Positions 58,136 to 64,000 of a stretch of DNA of 64,000 bases are shown piece after piece. The notes beneath the pieces are model-generated. The model saw only the letters and a list, made by a program, of their open reading frames with translations, made no database searches and was not told where the DNA came from. Positions within the stretch are counted from its first letter, which is position 1. Every line of letters begins with the position of its first letter. The translations under genes and the position numbers were made by a program. The DNA is from Oscillospiraceae bacterium (GTDB taxonomy: Bacteria; Bacillota; Clostridia; Oscillospirales; QAMX01). The stretch covers positions 396,485-460,484 of the forward strand of contig SVLQ01000001.1 of assembly GCA_015067825.1 (NCBI GenBank), in the 5' to 3' direction.

Positions 58136-59533
58136 TTACCAGCCGTATTTTTCCGGTCCCCACGGCTTGTGGATGAGTTCCTGTTTCAAAAGCACCACTT
58201 CGTTCGACGGGATATCCTCGGTGACGACGACACCCGGGCCGACCGCGACGTTGCAACCGATCGTCACGCCGGGATAGAACGTGCAGTTGACGCCCGTGCG
58301 CGAATGGTCACCGATGTAGGTGGCGTTGGCGCAGAAACGAGGCGTTTCTTTGCGGCCGTTGATCGTATGACGGCTGGCTTTGTTATCAAAGCGCAGCGTG
58401 CCGCAGACGCAGGAAGCGCCGATATCGACGTTGACACCGAGCAGGCCGTGGATTTCCATGTAATGATAGAGATAGGCGCCGTCGAAGAGCACGCCGTCGA
58501 ATTCGGCCGCGTGCAGAACCTTGCAGCCGTGGCCGATGGTCGAGCCGCCTTCGATGTAGCAGTAGTTGCGGATTTGGACGCGATCGCCGATGACGGCATC
58601 GCCGTCGATGATCGCGCCGTTGTCGATCACGGTGTTGTCGCCGACGATCACGCTGCCGTTGATGATGACGTTGCGGCCGATGCGGCTGTTTTTGCCGAGC
58701 TGCACAAAGCCCTTGATCTGCGCCGACGGATCGATCGATGCGCCATCGGCGAGTTTATTGGCGGTGAGGGCAGCCGTTTCGGCCCAAACCGTCGTGTAGC
58801 AGGCTTCCATGATATGCCACGGCTTATCGATATCGACAAACGTGCCCGTGCCGACGCATGCCGGGATCGCACCCTCGCGTGCGGCGTAGTGGTGCAGCGT
58901 TGATTCGACGTGGCGCTCATTGCGCGGCGGCATACCGCCGATCTCAGAGCCCGGGAACACGCCGGCCGTCGGCAGATACGCGGCAAACGGCTGGCCGTTA
59001 GCGGGAGCGGCACGGAAGGCAAACGCCTCCATCACCTGATAGGTGCGTTCGTCGGTGTGGCCGGCAAAGGAGGTGACCGCACCGGAATCGTCGGTGTGGG
59101 CAAAGATCCAGTCACCGGAAGCATCGTCCTCACGAACCTGGCTGAGAAGCGCGGTCGCACCGGCCGCGGTCGAGCGATGCGTGCGCACGAGCGCATCGAG
59201 ATCCGAGGCGCTATAGAGGCAATCGCCGAAGAGGACGATCGCATCGTCCGTACACGGCACGGCAGCCAACGCGGCTTCCAGTGTTTCGGCGCTGCCGGAA
59301 GTATCACGCGTTTCAATAACGGTGACGCGCGGATCGCCGAAGAAGATCTGCTGCAGCCCGGCCATATGGTGCGAGCCGGCGATCACGACGGAATCGGCAC
59401 CGGCGGCGCAAACGGCCTCGACCGTGCGGACTGCGAGCGGACGATTGGCGATCGGGAGAGATGCTTTGTTGCGGTATTCGTTATAAGGCCAAAGGCGCGA
59501 GCCTTTGCCGCCTGCGAGAATATATGCTTTCAT
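58136..59533 (-). CDS. Sugar-phosphate nucleotidyltransferase with a C-terminal left-handed beta-helix (hexapeptide-repeat) domain
   Basis: MKAYILAGGKGSRLWP (G-x-G-x-R-L NTP-transferase motif). Hexapeptide repeats (IGRNVIINGSVIVGDNTVIDNGAIIDGDAVIGDRV). The ATG at 59533 follows AAAGGAGAA. Confidence 0.8.
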   Translation of the reverse strand: MKAYILAGGKGSRLWPYNEYRNKASLPIANRPLAVRTVEAVCAAGADSVVIAGSHHMAGLQQIFFGDPRVTVIETRDTSGSAETLEAALAAVPCTDDAIVLFGDCLYSASDLDALVRTHRSTAAGATALLSQVREDDASGDWIFAHTDDSGAVTSFAGHTDERTYQVMEAFAFRAAPANGQPFAAYLPTAGVFPGSEIGGMPPRNERHVESTLHHYAAREGAIPACVGTGTFVDIDKPWHIMEACYTTVWAETAALTANKLADGASIDPSAQIKGFVQLGKNSRIGRNVIINGSVIVGDNTVIDNGAIIDGDAVIGDRVQIRNYCYIEGGSTIGHGCKVLHAAEFDGVLFDGAYLYHYMEIHGLLGVNVDIGASCVCGTLRFDNKASRHTINGRKETPRFCANATYIGDHSRTGVNCTFYPGVTIGCNVAVGPGVVVTEDIPSNEVVLLKQELIHKPWGPEKYGW

Positions 59534-59626
59534 AAGGTTTCTCCTTTGTATATCGTACCCGGTTTGCACCGGTTTATCCCCTTTGCTTCTATTATATGCC
59601 AATTTACGGCAAAAGTAAAGTCTTTT

Positions 59627-60226
59627 TCAATGTTTCGGCATCGTTCCTCGAAGAAGAAGCGGCTGGAGCTGTCGATTTTCCAGCGCAGCAGCAACCGTTT
59701 CCTCGATTTTCCCGAAATCGGCAACCAGCGAATTCGGTTTTTCGACCGGATCATCCTGGCCAAACGGAACGAAATAGAGATGCTTGCGTGCAAGCAGCTT
59801 TCCGATCGACGCGGCGTTGGCTCCAAGCCCATCGTTGGTCGAGACCGCAAGGACGACCGGGCGATTGTTGCGAAGGTGCGATTTGACTGCCAGCGTGACC
59901 GGCGTATCGGCGATCCCGGCGGCGATTTTAGCGAGAGTGTTGCCCGTGGCCGGTGCGATGACAAGAACATCAAACAGCTTTTTGGGGCCGATCGGCTCGG
60001 CGGCGGCAATGCTCGTGATCATCGGTTTCGCACAGATCGCTTCGATTTTGCGAACAAAGTCTTCTGCTTTGCCAAAGCGGGTATCGGTGGTATGGCTCGC
60101 CGTGCTCATGATGGGCGTGACGTCCCATCCGTTTCCGGCGAGCCGTTCGATCGCCTGCACCACCTGAGAAAAGGTGCAGAACGACCCGGTAAGGGCAAAG
60201 CCCACTTTTTTTGCTTCAGATCCCAT
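59627..60226 (-). CDS. dpaB: Dipicolinate synthase subunit B
   Basis: Flavoprotein fold: VGFALTGSFCTF...VIAPATGNTLAKIAAGIADTPVT. It lies directly downstream of dpaA. Confidence 0.9.
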   Translation of the reverse strand: MGSEAKKVGFALTGSFCTFSQVVQAIERLAGNGWDVTPIMSTASHTTDTRFGKAEDFVRKIEAICAKPMITSIAAAEPIGPKKLFDVLVIAPATGNTLAKIAAGIADTPVTLAVKSHLRNNRPVVLAVSTNDGLGANAASIGKLLARKHLYFVPFGQDDPVEKPNSLVADFGKIEETVAAALENRQLQPLLLRGTMPKH

Positions 60227-60298
60227 GTGATTTCCGTTTCTCCGCGGCTGACCTTACCGCATCCTTCCTGCCGCGGTCGGAAAGATGCGGCGATCGGT

Positions 60299-61168
60299 TT
60301 ACAAAAGTCCCTGCTCGGTTAAGATCGCAAGTACCGTTTCTGCAACGGCGATCCCGGCGGATTTGGGTGCGACCTTGCCCGGCAGGCCAAGCGCATGGAT
60401 CGCGTTGAGACCGAGCTCCGCAGCGGCGGCAAAATCGGTGCCGCCCGGCCGGCTCGCAAGGTCGATCACCACGCAGTCCGGCCGCAAGCGTTCAAGGCGC
60501 GATCCCGGCAAAACCATCGCCGGAACGGTGTTGAACACGACGTCGAACGAACCAAGGCAGCTATCCACGAACGCCGTCTGCACCGCATCCATGCCGTTAC
60601 CAACGATCCACGCAAGATCCGCCGCCTTTCGCGCCGAAACCGTAACCGCGCACCCAAGCCCCACAAGCATCCGCGCCAAAACCTTGCCGATGCGGCCGCA
60701 GCCGATCACCAGCGCGTGCGCGCCGTGCAGCGTACGCGGCAGCGCTTCCATCGCGATCCCGATCGCACCTTCCGCACTCGGGATCGCATTTTTCACCTGC
60801 AGATCCTCGCGCTGGCCATAGTCGAAAAGCGTCAGCCGGTGCTCATCGGCCAATGCCCGAACCTGCGGGCCGCATTTTCCGGCAAGCACCGGCGTTTGCG
60901 GTGGGATCGCGGCGAATACCTCCGCAAGCGTGATCGGTTTGGCCGTCAGCGGCGCGTGCAGTTTTCCCTCGCCGGACTCGACCGGAAACGGCAGCAGCAC
61001 ACAATCGGCCCCCAAAGCTGCCGTCGCGAGAGGCCTCGCAAGGATCGGCTTGGGCAAGGGCTGCGGGCTCCCATCCAGACAGGCCGTGGCAAGAGAATGT
61101 CCGGCGGATACGAGCGTTTCGGCCGCATAGATCTGGCGCAGGTCTCCTCCGATAACTGTGATCTTCAT
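60299..61168 (-). CDS. dpaA: Dipicolinate synthase subunit A
   Basis: NAIPSAEGAIGIAME...ALVIGCGRIGKVLARML (Rossmann) ...VIDLASRPGGTDF is the SpoVFA pattern. Confidence 0.9.
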   Translation of the reverse strand: MKITVIGGDLRQIYAAETLVSAGHSLATACLDGSPQPLPKPILARPLATAALGADCVLLPFPVESGEGKLHAPLTAKPITLAEVFAAIPPQTPVLAGKCGPQVRALADEHRLTLFDYGQREDLQVKNAIPSAEGAIGIAMEALPRTLHGAHALVIGCGRIGKVLARMLVGLGCAVTVSARKAADLAWIVGNGMDAVQTAFVDSCLGSFDVVFNTVPAMVLPGSRLERLRPDCVVIDLASRPGGTDFAAAAELGLNAIHALGLPGKVAPKSAGIAVAETVLAILTEQGLL

Positions 61169-61246
61169 AGCAATCCTCCGTTTTCCGTTTCGTTCTGCTT
61201 CAGTCTATTCGGGCGACAGGAACTTTGTGCGCCAAAGAAAAAACGC

Positions 61247-61275
61247 TTGCGCCAAGGCGGTTTCTGTGTTACAAT
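61247..61275 (+). promoter_or_regulatory. Sigma-A-type promoter of the URO-D-family gene
   Basis: TTGCGC (61247-61252), 17-nt spacer ending in TGT, TACAAT (61270-61275). Confidence 0.5.
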
Positions 61276-61307
61276 ACAGGCAAGAAACGCAGAAAGGTCA
61301 GAGAATT

Positions 61308-62423
61308 ATGACACATCGAGAACGAGTTCGTGCTGTGCTGCACTACCAACCGGTCGACCGCATTCCACTGGTCCACTTCGGTTTTTGGAACGAGACCTAT
61401 GAAAAATTTGCTGCCGAAGGGCATATCTCGCCGCGGCTCGACGAGAACGGACAGCCCGACGGTTTTTCCGAACGCGCCGTTGCCGAACAGCTCGGATTCG
61501 ATTTCGGGTGGGATCCTTCCGCCGGTGGTCAGACAGGCCTGTACCCGGGATTTGAAAGCAAGGTAATTGAAGAATTCCCCGACGGCTCGCGCCACGAGCT
61601 CAACGGCGACGGCGTTATCATCAAGGTGCGCCCCGGTGCGGTCTCGATCCCCGCTGAGATCGGACACACTTTGGTCGACCGCGAGAGCTGGGAGAAGGAA
61701 TATCTGCCGCGGCTGCGCTTTTCGCCCAATCGCGTGCCGATTTTTTCGAAGGAGCGAATTGAGGCATTCAACAACTCCGAATTCCCCATCGGCGTACACT
61801 GCGGCTCGCTCTACGGCAATTTCCGCAACTATGCCGGTGTTGTCGGCACCTGTTATCTGCTCGCCGACGACGAAGACCTCTTCAAAGAGATCATCGACAC
61901 GATCGCCGATACCTGCTACAACGTAACAAAAGGGATCCTCGAACAAGGCATAAAGGTCGATTTCGGCCATTTCTGGGAAGATATCTGCTTCAAAAACGGC
62001 CCGCTCGTCAATCCGGACGTCTTCGAAGAATTCTGCGGCCCGCACTACCAGCGCATCACCGATCTGTTTGTCGCGAACGGCTGCGACATCGTCTCGCTCG
62101 ACTGCGACGGCTGCATCGACGCGCTGATCCCGACGTGGCTCAACCACGGCGTCAACACGATGTTCCCCATCGAAGTCGGCACTTGGGAGGCTTCGATCGC
62201 ACCGTGGAGAGAGCAATACGGCAAGGCGCTGCGCGGCGTCGGCGGTATGGATAAGCGCGTGTTCGCGCAGGACTACGCGGCGGTCGACAAAGAGATCGAG
62301 CGCCTGCGCGCGCTGACCGAGCTCGGCGGCTATATCCCCTGCCCCGACCACCGGATTCCGCCGGATGCGAAGTGGGAAAACATCCAGTACTACTGCGACC
62401 GCTTCCGCAAGGTCTTCGGCTGA
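61308..62423 (+). CDS. Uroporphyrinogen-decarboxylase (URO-D) family protein, MtaA/CmuA-like
   Basis: MTHRERVRAVLHYQPVDRIP and the C-terminal GGYIPCPDHRIPPD are typical of URO-D-fold methyltransferase-like proteins. ATG at 61308. Confidence 0.75.
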   Translation: MTHRERVRAVLHYQPVDRIPLVHFGFWNETYEKFAAEGHISPRLDENGQPDGFSERAVAEQLGFDFGWDPSAGGQTGLYPGFESKVIEEFPDGSRHELNGDGVIIKVRPGAVSIPAEIGHTLVDRESWEKEYLPRLRFSPNRVPIFSKERIEAFNNSEFPIGVHCGSLYGNFRNYAGVVGTCYLLADDEDLFKEIIDTIADTCYNVTKGILEQGIKVDFGHFWEDICFKNGPLVNPDVFEEFCGPHYQRITDLFVANGCDIVSLDCDGCIDALIPTWLNHGVNTMFPIEVGTWEASIAPWREQYGKALRGVGGMDKRVFAQDYAAVDKEIERLRALTELGGYIPCPDHRIPPDAKWENIQYYCDRFRKVFG

Positions 62424-62440
62424 TACGAGAAAGGAACGCC

Positions 62441-62878
62441 ATGATCACACTCCGGGAAATCACACAGGATAACCTCGACGACGTGCTTGCGCTCCGTGTC
62501 GGGGACGATCAGACCGCCTACGTTTCCACTACGGCGCACGCCCTCGCCCAGGCATACGTCAGCCCCAAAACGGCGTTTCCGTTTGCGGTCTGCGCGGACG
62601 AAACGATCGTCGGCTTTCTCATGCTCGGGTACTATGAAGCCCGAAACCAGTATACGGTGTGGAAATTTCTGATCGACCAGCGGTACCAAGGGCGCGGCTA
62701 CGGTAAGGCTGCGTTGAAGCTGGGGATCGATTTTTTGCAGGAACGCTTCGGCGTCAAAGAGATCTTCCTCGGGGTTTCCGCCGGAAACGAAGCGGCCAAG
62801 CGCCTCTACCGCTCTGCCGGATTCCGCCCGACCGGCGCGATCGACGGAACGATGGAAGAAATGCGACTGGAGTGCTGA
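62441..62878 (+). CDS. GNAT-family N-acetyltransferase
   Basis: IDQRYQGRGYGKAALKLGIDF (Q/R-x-x-G-x-G/A) and AKRLYRSAGF. ATG at 62441 after AAAGGAA. Confidence 0.85.
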   Translation: MITLREITQDNLDDVLALRVGDDQTAYVSTTAHALAQAYVSPKTAFPFAVCADETIVGFLMLGYYEARNQYTVWKFLIDQRYQGRGYGKAALKLGIDFLQERFGVKEIFLGVSAGNEAAKRLYRSAGFRPTGAIDGTMEEMRLEC

Positions 62879-62980
62879 TGGCAATAGAAAACGACCTGAC
62901 GAATAGCTGCACGCAAAACACTTATAGCAGAACAAAGCAAACAATTCGATAAATACCAATTTAGCAAAGGGTGCATCATT

Positions 62981-63406
62981 TTGGCAGAGATACTATACAA
63001 GTATGCATTAAGAGAAAAAAAGGAAATCGATCCTTCGCTTTGTATCAAATGGTTAAGCAAAGAAGAGCTGCACGTATTTAATAATCACTTAGAATTGTGT
63101 GGCCAATCAGTAATTGGTAACACATTGTGGGACGAAATATTCGAAGAAGGGACCAGATATGCCGGCTTGTTCATTGATTCCAAGATGGTAGCACGAGCCT
63201 GTGTGGAAAAGTATTCCGATGAGGCGTGGGAAGTAGCCGACGTTAGAGTAGCGCGTGAGTTTCGGAATCATGGATTTGCCTATAACGTGTGTGCGTATGT
63301 TTTGGAATATATTTTGGAAAACAACAGAATCCCGACCATCAGAACCGAAGAGGATAACTATCCCATGCAGAAAGTGATTTCCAAGTTAGGATTTGCTGCT
63401 ATATAG
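62981..63406 (+). CDS. GNAT-family N-acetyltransferase (divergent)
   Basis: VRVAREFRNHGFAYNVCAYVLEYIL and MQKVISKLGF. TTG start with AAGGGTG upstream. Confidence 0.65.
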   Translation: MAEILYKYALREKKEIDPSLCIKWLSKEELHVFNNHLELCGQSVIGNTLWDEIFEEGTRYAGLFIDSKMVARACVEKYSDEAWEVADVRVAREFRNHGFAYNVCAYVLEYILENNRIPTIRTEEDNYPMQKVISKLGFAAI

Positions 63407-63449
63407 TCGTTTCCCAGCAAAAAGTTCAAATAAACAGCATATTTACAAT

Positions 63450-63482
63450 CAAAACCACCAGTTGAACTGGTGGTTTTGATTT
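63450..63482 (+). terminator. Rho-independent terminator
   Basis: AAAACCACCAG (63451-63461) pairs with CTGGTGGTTTT (63467-63477), followed by GATTT. Confidence 0.7.
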
Positions 63483-63888
63483 ACCTTCAAGTGCGTACTT
63501 ACTCACTCTTTATTGTAGTGGTATATTTTCACAAAGTAATAGCCTCCGACAAGGATTTTCCCTATCAGAGGCTTAACTATTAGATTTTTTCATCGTGTTT
63601 TTCGAGATCAGAAATAATCTTTTTGAAGGACGTTTCATTTCTCACGAAATCATTTTTTCAAGCGGTTTGCCACCGGAGCCGTGTAATCCATATCTTTCAG
63701 ATTGGCTTCAACAATTGCATATCGGCAACTTTCCTCAAAATTATTTAAGGTGTTTTCCTATCATCCAATTCTGCATATTCAAGTGCAATATAAAGATAAT
63801 AAAGTTTTGCGTGTTTGAACCTTTTTCGTTCGGCAAACGACTATATCTGCGAAACCGGTTTTATACAGAATGAAATGGAGGTGATGAT

Positions 63889-64000
63889 ATGGATTCCTTT
63901 GAATCTCTCTTTGCCAATTGCCGCAACGCGCTGGAGCGGTTTGTGCGCTTTAAGATCTCTGATCCGCAGGATGCCGACGAGGTCATTCAGGACGTTAGCA
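63889..64000 (+). CDS. Sigma-70-family (ECF-type) sigma factor, N-terminal fragment; continues past the window end
   Basis: My translation reads MDSFESLFANCRNALERFVRFKISDPQDADEVIQDVS, which resembles the region 2.1/2.2 start (D-A-x-D-x-x-Q-D). The ATG at 63889 follows GGAGGTGATGAT. Confidence 0.5.
   Translation, partial: MDSFESLFANCRNALERFVRFKISDPQDADEVIQDVS

Noticed and set aside
61158-61307. N-terminal extensions in the ORF track. Examples: 61158 vs 61308, 3802 vs 3895, 14417 vs 14372, 16267 vs 16180, 16290 vs 16362, 20067 vs 19953, 20967 vs 20886, 21683 vs 21656, 59602 vs 59533, 62372 vs 62441.
   Set aside because: The longest-ORF starts lack Shine-Dalgarno sequences, overlap upstream genes, terminators or promoters, and add non-conserved-looking residues. 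Internal ATGs sit 5-10 nt after GGAGG-like RBSs and give canonical family N-termini.
63484-63888. ORF 63595-63873 (+, 92 aa) and protein-like snippets on the minus strand, such as AERKRFKHAKLYYLYIALEYAELDDRKTP and FEESCRYAIVEANLKDMDYTAPVANRLKK.
   Set aside because: The + ORF has no RBS and a nonsense-like composition. The minus-strand pieces lie in different frames separated by stops and are at most 35 aa. This may be a decayed gene, but I cannot support a pseudogene call without a homologue to align.

Overview
This 64-kb window looks like chromosome from a high-GC, anaerobic, spore-forming Firmicute. The gene content suggests Clostridia, possibly Oscillospirales-like: dpaA/dpaB (spoVFA/B), ytfJ plus DUF2953, dacB, scpAB, an SLH-anchored surface protein, PFOR and IorAB. 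All family calls come from reading motifs by eye in the supplied translations; no searches were run. I call about 50 protein genes, one tandem glycine riboswitch, and a set of sigma-A-type promoters and rho-independent terminators. I saw no rRNA, tRNA, CRISPR array or complete mobile element.

Core blocks:
- nifJ (PFOR).
- An SSS transporter followed by paaK-iorA-iorB-ACT-ynbB (aromatic 2-oxoacid catabolism).
- A tight minus-strand run gltX-glnS-S2P-scpA-scpB-DUF2953-ytfJ-dacB-rluB.
- dpaAB.

Visibly AT-richer accessory patches (sampled 60-nt lines give 22-40% GC, against 62-70% in core genes):
- 4761-7200, the passenger part of the SLH protein.
- 8050-9850, the recombinase locus.
- 26500-28400, the long ECF-like sigma factor.
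- 40860-42100, a secreted protein plus a membrane protein.
- 55400-57100, the kinase genes.
- 63400-63890.

Observations most worth a second look:
1. A candidate invertible promoter. A perfect 14-bp inverted repeat brackets a 94-bp segment that carries TTGCAT-17-TATAAT. It lies next to a small serine recombinase and points at an AP2/Zn-ribbon gene and a 1096-aa SLH surface protein.
2. A 260-bp string of short hairpins linked by seven to eight copies of GTGAAAT/ATTTCAC, downstream of the glycine-riboswitch-controlled agcS.
3. A roughly 165-nt leader with a 10-codon uORF containing Phe-Phe-Phe, ahead of the transporter that precedes the arylpyruvate operon.
4. An AT-rich islet encoding a secreted protein and a small polytopic membrane protein.
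5. The uncharacterised NifU-like/GGGtGRT gene pair.

Many long ORFs in the track are antisense artefacts of high-GC genes and were rejected.
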